Source of the DNA: an uncultured Rhodopirellula sp.
GTDB lineage: Bacteria > Planctomycetota > Planctomycetia > Pirellulales > Pirellulaceae
DNA length: 20,000 nucleotides
NCBI GenBank assembly: GCA_964007735.1
Contig: CAXGAI010000008.1
Span: 112,875 to 132,874, forward strand
Reading direction: 5' to 3'
The notes below the pieces were generated by a model that did no database searches, was not told the DNA's origin, and was given only the letters and a program-made list of their open reading frames with translations. The position numbers and the translations under genes are program-made. The stretch's first letter is position 1; each line of letters starts with the position of its first letter. Below are positions 1 through 8,292 of this stretch, piece by piece.

Positions 1-1814
1 TGGCTGACCAGATTGCTGAAAAGAACAGAATCATTACTGAAAAACAAAACACCTTGAATATTGCAGCACGTGAGATCTCAGATTCACGCAAAGCATGGGA
101 AGCCGAACTGGTAAAACAGGCTGACACCAGTATCACCGTCGGCAAGTGGCAGTATATTGGTCCAATCGGGGCCGCAAGTTTTGACGAAGCTCATGATAAA
201 TCATTCTTTAACGAAGCCGAAGTAGTTGATCCGGCTGCGCCCATTGGTGACAAGCAATGGGGTGAAAAGGACTTTGCCGATGGCACGATTCATGCCCTCG
301 ACCAGACTCCAAATAGTGCTCATTATCTGCAACGCACTCTCACCGTAAAAGCTGCTACCAAAATTGAACTGCGATTTGGCAGCGACGATGGAATTCGGGT
401 TTGGCTTAATCAAAAAGAGGTTTTAAACAATAAAGTTACCCGAGGCCCGGCTGCCGATCAGGAAAAGGTGACGGTTGACCTTACCGAAGGTGATAATACG
501 CTGCTGGTGAAGATTTCACAGGGCGCCGGGGGAGCCGGATTCTACTATGCTCATAACAATAGCGGTGTTCCCGCCGATATTGGTGCGATCCTTGTGAAGA
601 CTGAGCGAACAGAAGCTGAACAAAACAAGCTTTCAGATTACTATCGTGATAACAGTACAAATCTGAAGCCCCAACGCGACGAGCTCGCTCAGTTGCAAAA
701 ACAATTGGAACAATTGAACAACTCAGCCCCACGTACTTTAATGACCCGGGTTCGGGAACCCCGAATGATTCGTGTTCTACCTCGTGGTAACTGGATGGAT
801 GATTCCGGCACCGAAGCGTCACCGACAGTGCCCGGTTTCATGAAACCGATGGCTATCGATGACAGACGTGCCAACCGTCTGGATCTGGCCGACTGGATGG
901 TGGATCCGGGTAACCCGCTTACTTCCCGAGTCGTTGTCAATCGGCTTTGGAAACTGTTCTTTGGGCACGGATTGGCAGAACCTTTAGATGACTTGGGGGC
1001 GCAAGGTACTCGACCTACGCATCCGGAACTACTCGATTGGCTATCAGTGGAACTTATTGAAAGTGGCTGGGATCTCAAACACATCGTCAAGCTGATTGTG
1101 AATTCCAGTGCATATCAGCAATCTTCAACGATGACAGCCGAGTTGGCAGCGCTCGACCCCTACAACTACAAATATGCGCGTCAAAGCCAGTTCCGTCTGG
1201 ATGCTGAAATGATTCGCGATACTGCCTTGTCCATTAGTGGCCTGCTTTCAGACAAGCTCGGAGGATCGAGTGTAAAGCCTTATCAACCGGCCGGCTATTG
1301 GAAGCACATGAACTTCCCAAAACGAACCTGGCAGATGTCCGGGGGTGACGAAATTTATCGGCGAGGCTTATATACCCACTGGCAACGAATGTTCCTACAC
1401 CCCTCCCTCTTAGCATTCGACGCTCCTAGTCGTGAAGAATGTACTGTCAGTCGCCCTCGTTCAAATACACCCCAACAGGCTTTAGTATTACTCAACGACC
1501 CCACTTACGTCGAAGCAGCCCGGGCCTTTGCTGAACGCATTATGATGGATGGAGGAGCAGATGATTCAAGCAAGCTTAACTGGGCCATCCAAACAGCACT
1601 GTCACGAAACGTGAATCCAAATGAAGCCAACGTGTTACTAAATGTGCTGGCAAAACATCTGGAACATTATAAAGCTGATCCACAAGCTGCTGATGAATAC
1701 CTGACTGTTGGTCGTCGAACGGTAGCTGAGAACATCGATAAGAGTGAACTGGCTGCCTGGACATCTGTCGCTCGTATTATTCTCAATCTGCATGAAACAA
1801 TTACCCGCAACTAA
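1..1814 (+). CDS. DUF1553 (PSD1) domain protein of the planctomycete cytochrome c family with an inserted PA14-like beta-sandwich; 5'-truncated by the window edge
   Basis: The frame is open from nt 3 (ADQIAEKNRIITEKQNTL...), so TTG at 54 is not the real start. DUF1553 motifs: RLDLADW, NPLTSRVVVNRLW..FFG.G, DDLG.QG..PTHPELLDWL, WDLKHIVKLIV.S..YQQ, RLDAEMIRD, RRGLY, FDAP.RE.C...R..SNTPQQAL.LLND, and C-terminal LNLHETITR. Confidence 0.9.
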   Translation, partial: ADQIAEKNRIITEKQNTLNIAAREISDSRKAWEAELVKQADTSITVGKWQYIGPIGAASFDEAHDKSFFNEAEVVDPAAPIGDKQWGEKDFADGTIHALDQTPNSAHYLQRTLTVKAATKIELRFGSDDGIRVWLNQKEVLNNKVTRGPAADQEKVTVDLTEGDNTLLVKISQGAGGAGFYYAHNNSGVPADIGAILVKTERTEAEQNKLSDYYRDNSTNLKPQRDELAQLQKQLEQLNNSAPRTLMTRVREPRMIRVLPRGNWMDDSGTEASPTVPGFMKPMAIDDRRANRLDLADWMVDPGNPLTSRVVVNRLWKLFFGHGLAEPLDDLGAQGTRPTHPELLDWLSVELIESGWDLKHIVKLIVNSSAYQQSSTMTAELAALDPYNYKYARQSQFRLDAEMIRDTALSISGLLSDKLGGSSVKPYQPAGYWKHMNFPKRTWQMSGGDEIYRRGLYTHWQRMFLHPSLLAFDAPSREECTVSRPRSNTPQQALVLLNDPTYVEAARAFAERIMMDGGADDSSKLNWAIQTALSRNVNPNEANVLLNVLAKHLEHYKADPQAADEYLTVGRRTVAENIDKSELAAWTSVARIILNLHETITRN

Positions 1815-1856
1815 ACTTTTTCGTTGCGGCTACGAAATAAACCGGAGGTCATTCCA

Positions 1857-3275
1857 ATGGCTAAAAATTCATTCTCGTTAAACCGTCGTTGTTTTCTGGG
1901 ACAAGGTGCGCAGGGAGTCGGTGTTTATGCACTCGCATCACTCTTTGGACAGACACAAGGTGCGGATGTCGAGGTTCCTCGCTGGCCGGGCATTCTCAAT
2001 GGTAAACTTCACCGGGAAGCCAAAGCAAAACGGGTGATCTTTCTGACAATGGCCGGTGGAATGAGCCATTTGGAAACATTTGACAATAAGCCCAAACTTC
2101 GAGAGCTTGATGGGCAGCCGATGCCTGAATCCTACACGAAAGGCCAGCCAATCGCTCAGTTGCAAAACCGTGAATTGCGATGTCTAGGTGGTCAACACGA
2201 ATTCAAGAAACATGGTGAATCCGGCAATGAACTTTCTGCAATCTGGGAGCATCTCGGTAGCGTGGCTGATGATATTGCAATCATTCGATCATTGAAGACT
2301 GAAGCTATTAATCATGACCCGGCTCACACTTTCATGAATACCGGAACAACCATCAGCGGGCGTCCGTCGATGGGTTCCTGGCTAACCTACGGCCTCGGAT
2401 CCGAAACAGAAAATCTACCAGGCTTCGTTGTTCTCACCTCATCCGGCGGTGGACAGGACCAACCAATTGCTTCACGGCAATGGCACAGTGGTTTTCTGCC
2501 AAGTCGTTTTCAGGGTGTTCACTTTCACAGTCAGGGAGATCCTGTACTCTATGTAAACAATCCTCCCGGAATTGATCGGGAAGGGCAGGGCGACATTGTC
2601 AAAGCGGTGCAGCAATTAAATCAGTTCCGTGGCGCGGTGGTAAACGATCCCGAAATTACCACCCGCATTAGTCAATATGAAATGGCATTCCGGATGCAGG
2701 CAAGTGTCCCCGGACTGATGGACACTAGCGATGAAACCCAGACCACATTAGATCTCTATGGGACCAAAGGTGCGGATGGAACGTTTGCGGCAAACTGCTT
2801 GCTGGCTCGCCGTCTGGCTGAACGCGGTTGCCGCTTCATTCAGCTTTACCACCGCGGTTGGGACCATCATGGTAATGTGAAAGGTGCTAGTCAAAACACG
2901 GCTAAACTAATCGACCAGGGGATCTCCGCGTTGATTAAAGACCTCAAGCAACGTGACATGTTCGATGACACGTTAATCGTTTTTGCCAGTGAATTCGGTC
3001 GAACACCAATGGCTCAGGGCAACGGACGGGATCACCATATTAAGGGGTATTCAATCTTTTTGGCTGGTGGAGGAATTAAGCCCGGAACGACGGTAGGGGC
3101 CACGGACGACCTGGGTTATAACGCGGTCGAAGATATTGTCACCGTTCATGACCTGCATGCAACCATGCTATACCTGTTGGGTATCGACCACGAACGCATG
3201 ACATTTCAATTCCAGGGACGAGATTTCCGTCTCACGGACGTTCATGGAACCGTCGTCGACAAGCTGCTGGCATAG
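1857..3275 (+). CDS. DUF1501 family protein (alkaline phosphatase/sulfatase-like), Tat-exported
   Basis: GGAGG at 1844-1848 precedes ATG 1857, which is preferred over TTG 1824. Twin-arginine motif LNRRCFL. Family motifs: AKAKRVIFL.M.GG.SHLETFD.KP, NHDPA, GRPSMGSW..YGLG, YE.AFRMQ, CLLARRL.E.G.RF, GWDHH, EFGRTP, GRDHH, GRDFRLTDV.G. Confidence 0.92.
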   Translation: MAKNSFSLNRRCFLGQGAQGVGVYALASLFGQTQGADVEVPRWPGILNGKLHREAKAKRVIFLTMAGGMSHLETFDNKPKLRELDGQPMPESYTKGQPIAQLQNRELRCLGGQHEFKKHGESGNELSAIWEHLGSVADDIAIIRSLKTEAINHDPAHTFMNTGTTISGRPSMGSWLTYGLGSETENLPGFVVLTSSGGGQDQPIASRQWHSGFLPSRFQGVHFHSQGDPVLYVNNPPGIDREGQGDIVKAVQQLNQFRGAVVNDPEITTRISQYEMAFRMQASVPGLMDTSDETQTTLDLYGTKGADGTFAANCLLARRLAERGCRFIQLYHRGWDHHGNVKGASQNTAKLIDQGISALIKDLKQRDMFDDTLIVFASEFGRTPMAQGNGRDHHIKGYSIFLAGGGIKPGTTVGATDDLGYNAVEDIVTVHDLHATMLYLLGIDHERMTFQFQGRDFRLTDVHGTVVDKLLA

Positions 3276-3290
3276 GCTAAGCCTGATGCT
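3269..3290. terminator. Short hairpin spanning the 14-bp gap between the two convergent DUF1501 genes
   Basis: GCAT-AGGC TAA GCCT-g-ATGC (3270-3289) forms 8 bp with one bulge and overlaps the TAG stop at 3273-3275. There is no U-tract on either side, so terminator function is uncertain. Confidence 0.3.
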
Positions 3291-4675
3291 TACAAAACAA
3301 TCTCGTCTATTACTCTACCACCCACGTCCGTAAGCCTGAAGTCACGTCCCTGATGACGGTAAGTCAGCTTCGTATGATCCACTCCCAACATTTTAAGAAC
3401 CGTGGCGTGAATATCATGCACCTCAATTTTGTTTTCTTGTGCATGAAATCCAAATTCGTCGGTCGAGCCGTAAACGGTGCCACCTTTGATACCACCGCCG
3501 GCCATCCACATCGTAAATCCATGTGGATGATGATCACGCCCCCAATTCTCACCACCGCCCTGAATCACTGGCGTCCTGCCAAACTCGCCGCCCCAAATGA
3601 CGAGTGTCTCATCAAGCAGACCACGCTGCTCAAGATCCTGAAGCAATGCAGCAATTGGTTTATCAACGGCGTTACACTGACGGCGATGCTGTGATCGTAA
3701 GCCATCATGAGAATCCCATCCCATATCATATAGCTGAACGTATCGGACTCCACTTTCGACCATCCGCCGAGCGAGTAAACAATTCCGGGCAAAGGATGGT
3801 TTTTTCTCCTCCACTCCATATTGTTCCAAAGTCTCAGTAGTTTCCCTTTTCAAATCCATCAGGCGAGGTGCTTCTGCTTGCATACGAAAGGCAAGTTCGT
3901 ATTGCTTCATACGCGCCCTAATCTCAGGGTCACCCGTCTCTTGAAATTTCCGGTCATTCATCCAACGCATCAAACTCAATTGGCGTTGTCGATCTTCTCG
4001 AAAAATCCGTTCCGGATTCTTCAGATACAATATGGGACTTCCCGTATTTCTCAGTTCAACTCCCTGATGATTTGTTGGCAAAAAGCCACTCGACCAATAA
4101 CTGGTAAGCAAAGGTTGTCTTTTTACACCTGAAGTCATGACGAGATAAGCCGGCATCTCCTCTGTTAAATTCCCCAGGCCATAGCTGATCCAGGAACCCA
4201 TCGTAGGTCGACCTACCCGCGAATCTCCTGTATTGAGAAAGCTCACGGCAGGATCATGATTAAAAACTCTACTGTGAACAGAACGCAGGACCGCTAACTT
4301 ATCGACTTGTGTTGCTATGTGAGGAAAAAGCTCCGACACGGAAATGCCCGACTCACCATAGCTATTGAATTTAAACGGGGAACCCTGCAGATTGGGTTGC
4401 CTGATGGAGGATGGAATCATCGCAAAGTGTACATCTTTAATGTAGGACTCAGGGATGGGCTGGCCACTAAGCCTGGCCAACTCCGGCTTGGGGTCCCAGG
4501 TATCGACGTGCGAAGGACCTCCGGACATGAAAAGATAAATAACACTTTTTGCTTTGGGAGCAAAATGCTGACCGGTATCTTCAGCAAAAACGCCCATACT
4601 CGACAATGCCGCTAAAGACAAAACACCAGAGGAAGTCGTCAGCATTTGGCGACGAGTTGCTTGTTGTTTACTCAT
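3290..4675 (-). CDS. DUF1501 family protein (second paralog), Tat-exported
   Basis: TRRQML twin-arginine motif followed by a hydrophobic stretch. Motifs: PKAKSVIYLFMSGGPSHVDTWDPKP, NHDPA, GRPTMGSW, CLLARRM, GWDSH, GEFGRTP, GRDHH, GRDFRLTDV. Starts 4 bp after the upstream gene's stop. Confidence 0.92.
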   Translation of the reverse strand: MSKQQATRRQMLTTSSGVLSLAALSSMGVFAEDTGQHFAPKAKSVIYLFMSGGPSHVDTWDPKPELARLSGQPIPESYIKDVHFAMIPSSIRQPNLQGSPFKFNSYGESGISVSELFPHIATQVDKLAVLRSVHSRVFNHDPAVSFLNTGDSRVGRPTMGSWISYGLGNLTEEMPAYLVMTSGVKRQPLLTSYWSSGFLPTNHQGVELRNTGSPILYLKNPERIFREDRQRQLSLMRWMNDRKFQETGDPEIRARMKQYELAFRMQAEAPRLMDLKRETTETLEQYGVEEKKPSFARNCLLARRMVESGVRYVQLYDMGWDSHDGLRSQHRRQCNAVDKPIAALLQDLEQRGLLDETLVIWGGEFGRTPVIQGGGENWGRDHHPHGFTMWMAGGGIKGGTVYGSTDEFGFHAQENKIEVHDIHATVLKMLGVDHTKLTYRHQGRDFRLTDVGGRVIDEIVL

Positions 4676-4679
4676 AGTA

Positions 4680-7670
4680 TTACTCCCTCGTCAAAGCCTC
4701 GTCGAGGTTTAACAGCACCTGCACAATTTGAAACAACGAATCCGACTTGTTAACGGTTAAGTATGAGGTAAACGCCTTGAGCTCCTTGGAATCGGGATGC
4801 CTGGAAAGTATTAGCCGGAATGCCAGATCAACGCGGTCTTCCACATCGGAGGACGCTTGGCTTACCCTGTTGGCAATATCTTCAGCATAACGCTCCATAT
4901 TAAAGTCATTCATCAAGGCCAACGCCTGCAAAGGCGTATTTGTTGTGAAACGAGTCACTACACAACGCTCGCGACTGGGAACATCAAAAAGGACAGACAT
5001 CGGATAAGGTGACATACGCTGCCAAAAAGTGTAAAGAGAACGACGGTATTGTTCCTGTTCACTCGAAGCCACCCATTTACCTGCGGTGGTATCACGATAT
5101 TGCCCAACTCCCTCTGGCTGTACCGGAAATACGCTGGGACCACCAAGCAGGGGGTCTAATCGACCGCTGGCCTGTACCGCGATATCACGAATTTGCTCGG
5201 CTGACAATCGGAATCTGGAGGCCCGGCTCAACAGACGGTTCTCCGGATCAATTCTATTTCTCGAATCGGCCCTGACAGATGCTTGCTGGTACACCGCTGA
5301 ATTTAAGATCAATCGGTGAATATGCTTCATATTCCAGCCGCTTTCGATAAATTCAATCGCCAACCAATCTAACAGATCCGGGTGACTGGGATATTCTCCC
5401 TGAAGTCCAAAGTCGTCAGCAGTGCCGACTATCCCCTTTCCAAAGTATTGTTGCCAAATTTTGTTTACTGCCACACGTGCAACAAGAGGGTTCTGTCGGT
5501 CGAATAATCCTCGGGCAAAGGTAAGTCGTGAAATCGGCTGATCTCGGCCGTGACCCAGAATGGCTGGAACCCCGGGGGAAACACGTTCCCCCCGATTTTC
5601 AAAATCCCCCCGTACATGCACATAGGTTTCCCGCGGTTTCGGCAACTCATCCATAATTTGAGCTTCAACGAATTGAGTAGATAATTTCTTAATCGCCTGC
5701 TCGTGCCGTTGTATGCTCCGGGTTGGTTCATCAAGAAAACTTTCCGTCAGTTGCTGGTAATACCCCAGAAGCTCATCTGAAAGTAAATCCGCGGCGAAGG
5801 CATCATGGATTTCCCGATGTTTTGTTTTCGTTAAACCGATTAACTGCAGGCCTGACAGCGGTCTGTCAAATACCATAAGGTCTTTGATTTCCCCTTTCAA
5901 AAAGAATCGGTTTGGGGTGGAAGAATTATCAAAACCACCTCCAATACTCAGGGGCAAAGGGGATGTGGCAATGGAATTCACAAGTTCTCCTGTCAATTCT
6001 GCCTTCTGATCCAATTCACCATCAACGTAAAACCTTAAAGATTCTCCAGCATCGTAACTTACAGCTACATGATGCCATCGGTCATCATTAACCGGAATCG
6101 AACCATAAAGGACGGCTCCGCGAAATGGATGTTGGTTCTGTGATAACCAGACATAGAGATTGCCTGGTTTACTTTTTGGATCTTTTTGGCCACCAATCCC
6201 AAACACATAGGAACGGCGATCAGATTTCCAATCGTACTTACTGACGAGATCAGCTTCTGCTTGCTTCGTTTTCACCCACATCCCGATGGAGAAACTATCT
6301 GATATTTCCGGAGTCTCTTCTTCTCGAATTAGATGAGCTTTTGAACCTTTCAGGGATAATTCATCGATTATCAATGCGGGACTCTGAAATGCCTTGATGA
6401 GTTGGGGGTTATTACTCCAGCGATGAAGAAAGGATAAAATTTCAGCTCGATCGTTTGTTTGAAATTTATCGGTACTCGATGGTGTTTGCTTCAAACGAGC
6501 TAGTTCTGATTTGTTGTAATTAATTAATCGTTGAACGGTAGGGGATAATACATTGATCCTCGGACCATGGACATCGAAACGTTCTCCGAGATGCGGAACG
6601 TTATTAAAGACCGCGAACAACTCGTAGTACTCTTTCTGCGAAATTGGATCGTATTTATGATCATGACATTCAGCGCATCCCAGCGTTAGCCCCAGCCAAA
6701 CTTTCCCGGTAGTCTCAAGACGATCCACGATTCCTTTCACTCTAAATTCCTCTTTCCGAGGATTATTCCCTAATGCCTGCATCGAATTGCGATGGAAGCC
6801 GGTTGCAATCAGTTGTGCTTCTGTCGGTGATTCCAGCATGTCACCAGCCAGTTGCTCGATGGTAAATTCGTCGTACGGGATATTACTATTAAATGCTTTC
6901 ACTACCCAATCGCGGAATAGCCACATCGTTCTTGGTTTATCAGCAGCATGCCCACTTGTGTCTGCATACCGCGCAGCATCCAACCACCAAACCGCCTGAT
7001 GCTCACCATAAGACTCCTTGGCAAGAAAGTACTCCACCCATTGGGGCCAATCTTTGCGTGACTGATTGAAATCTTCCATTTCTCCAAGGGTTGGTGGAAG
7101 TCCTGTCGTATCCAGAGCAAGTCTTCTTAGAAGCGTGGAAACATTAGCTCTGGAAGCAGGTGATAATCCGTGGTCATCCAGCTTTTTCAGCACGAAGTAG
7201 TCAATCGGGTTGAGGGGCCACCTTCTGTTTTTTACGGCTGGCACGTCGGGGCGCACTGGAGGAGTAAAAGACCAGTGTTTGGTTACTTTGGCTCCCGCCA
7301 TAATCCATTTTTTAACCAGCAACTGTTGAGCCTGGGGTAGCGGATCTCCATGGTCCGGCGGCGGCATCCTGTTTTCATCCTGGACAAGAAGACGCTGCCA
7401 GAGAGGACTCGCTTCCACAGCACCTGGACGAATCAAAACCCGACTGCGCTCCGGATCGATGATCTGACTAATCTCATCCAAACGCAAATCAGCCTTTCGT
7501 GTTTTGGCATCAGGACCATGACACTGATAACAGTGCCGGGCAAAGATTGGAGCAATGTCACGTGAATAGTCAACCTCAGCCATCTGCCCAAGTGCCGTAT
7601 CGAAATACATACAAATGTAAAAAAATGCTAACCAACGATGACTGGTGCTCAAGACTGCCTGTAGATTCAT
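4680..7670 (-). CDS. Planctomycete cytochrome c (PSCyt1) + DUF1549 + LamG-like + DUF1553 protein, with two CxxCH heme motifs
   Basis: N-terminal signal-peptide-like stretch. VDYSRDIAPIF...CYQCH (nt 7518-7532)...LRLD...RMPP. HWSF, NPIDYFV, TLLRRL.LD.TGLPPT, WLD.ARYADT.G, FRDWVV.AFN, FTIEQLAGD, LTLGCAECHDHKYDPISQ.EYY (CxxCH at nt 6663-6677). LamG-like FSIGMWVK...DDRWHHVAVSYD...FYVDG...LSIGG...F.GEI.DL.VFDR.LS. Complete DUF1553 C-terminus. Confidence 0.92.
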   Translation of the reverse strand: MNLQAVLSTSHRWLAFFYICMYFDTALGQMAEVDYSRDIAPIFARHCYQCHGPDAKTRKADLRLDEISQIIDPERSRVLIRPGAVEASPLWQRLLVQDENRMPPPDHGDPLPQAQQLLVKKWIMAGAKVTKHWSFTPPVRPDVPAVKNRRWPLNPIDYFVLKKLDDHGLSPASRANVSTLLRRLALDTTGLPPTLGEMEDFNQSRKDWPQWVEYFLAKESYGEHQAVWWLDAARYADTSGHAADKPRTMWLFRDWVVKAFNSNIPYDEFTIEQLAGDMLESPTEAQLIATGFHRNSMQALGNNPRKEEFRVKGIVDRLETTGKVWLGLTLGCAECHDHKYDPISQKEYYELFAVFNNVPHLGERFDVHGPRINVLSPTVQRLINYNKSELARLKQTPSSTDKFQTNDRAEILSFLHRWSNNPQLIKAFQSPALIIDELSLKGSKAHLIREEETPEISDSFSIGMWVKTKQAEADLVSKYDWKSDRRSYVFGIGGQKDPKSKPGNLYVWLSQNQHPFRGAVLYGSIPVNDDRWHHVAVSYDAGESLRFYVDGELDQKAELTGELVNSIATSPLPLSIGGGFDNSSTPNRFFLKGEIKDLMVFDRPLSGLQLIGLTKTKHREIHDAFAADLLSDELLGYYQQLTESFLDEPTRSIQRHEQAIKKLSTQFVEAQIMDELPKPRETYVHVRGDFENRGERVSPGVPAILGHGRDQPISRLTFARGLFDRQNPLVARVAVNKIWQQYFGKGIVGTADDFGLQGEYPSHPDLLDWLAIEFIESGWNMKHIHRLILNSAVYQQASVRADSRNRIDPENRLLSRASRFRLSAEQIRDIAVQASGRLDPLLGGPSVFPVQPEGVGQYRDTTAGKWVASSEQEQYRRSLYTFWQRMSPYPMSVLFDVPSRERCVVTRFTTNTPLQALALMNDFNMERYAEDIANRVSQASSDVEDRVDLAFRLILSRHPDSKELKAFTSYLTVNKSDSLFQIVQVLLNLDEALTRE

Positions 7671-7704
7671 GATTCAAGCCCGAAAAGGGAGAAGACTAAA
7701 GTTC

Positions 7705-7713
7705 ACTATAACA
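7705..7713 (-). promoter_or_regulatory. Extended -10 promoter candidate for the minus-strand cytochrome c/DUF1501 operon
   Basis: The minus strand reads TGTTATAGT (TGn + TATAGT), about 35 nt upstream of the ATG at 7670. No good -35 element. Confidence 0.45.
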
Positions 7714-7762
7714 AATGCTTAAACCGGTTCCTGCCCATAGAGTTAATTCCACTGCTACCTTG

Positions 7763-7791
7763 TTGACTGCCAAGGCTGACCGGAATAGGCT
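7763..7791 (+). promoter_or_regulatory. sigma70-like promoter candidate for the FHA/thioredoxin genes
   Basis: TTGACT (7763-7768), 17-bp spacer, TAGGCT (7786-7791). Confidence 0.45.
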
Positions 7792-7905
7792 AAATACTCC
7801 TACCTAAAAGAGTGATGACTTCAAGAGGAAGCCATAACCAACGTCACGATGACGCTTACCCTTATCCATCAGAGCTATGGCGATGATGGCCCCACCAGGG
7901 CACTC

Positions 7906-8223
7906 ATGAAACCTTCCTACCCGATTACATTACCAGCATTGCTGGTTCCTGCTTCTACGGAACTAGAGACTCCTGTGCGCCTGAACAAATACCCCGTGTT
8001 GCTGGGTCGTAGTGAGTCCGCTGATATTCGTCTGGATGACCGCTGGTTGAGCCGCAATCATTGTGAAATTGATGTTACCGATGGTGAATTGATTATTCGT
8101 GATCTCGGCTCAAAGCATGGTACTTATGTCAATGAATCACCGATTGATGAAACTACGATTGAATCAGGTGACGAGCTACGAATTGGAATCACTCGGTTTG
8201 TCGTCGAGATTCCAAAAGAATAG
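7906..8223 (+). CDS. Small stand-alone FHA domain protein
   Basis: LLGRSESADIRLDD..LSRNHCEI...IRDLGSKHGTYVN...I.SGDELRIG matches the FHA pattern (GR, SxxH, DLGSxxGT). The start is uncertain (ATG 7849 or 7906). Confidence 0.88.
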   Translation: MKPSYPITLPALLVPASTELETPVRLNKYPVLLGRSESADIRLDDRWLSRNHCEIDVTDGELIIRDLGSKHGTYVNESPIDETTIESGDELRIGITRFVVEIPKE

Positions 8224-8292
8224 AATCACAGTATTGTTTAAACGATCCTCGACGCAGGATCTTCCAGAACTGATCAATACAGGATTCTCACC

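Noticed and set aside
54..56. TTG start given by the ORF track for the first CDS
   Set aside because: The frame is open to the window edge and the expected N-terminal cytochrome/DUF1549 part is missing, so the gene starts upstream.
1857..4675. Head-to-head similarity of the DUF1501 genes as an inverted repeat, invertible segment or recent duplication
   Set aside because: Similarity is at the protein-motif level with many synonymous differences and indels. No long DNA identity or recombinase gene was seen.
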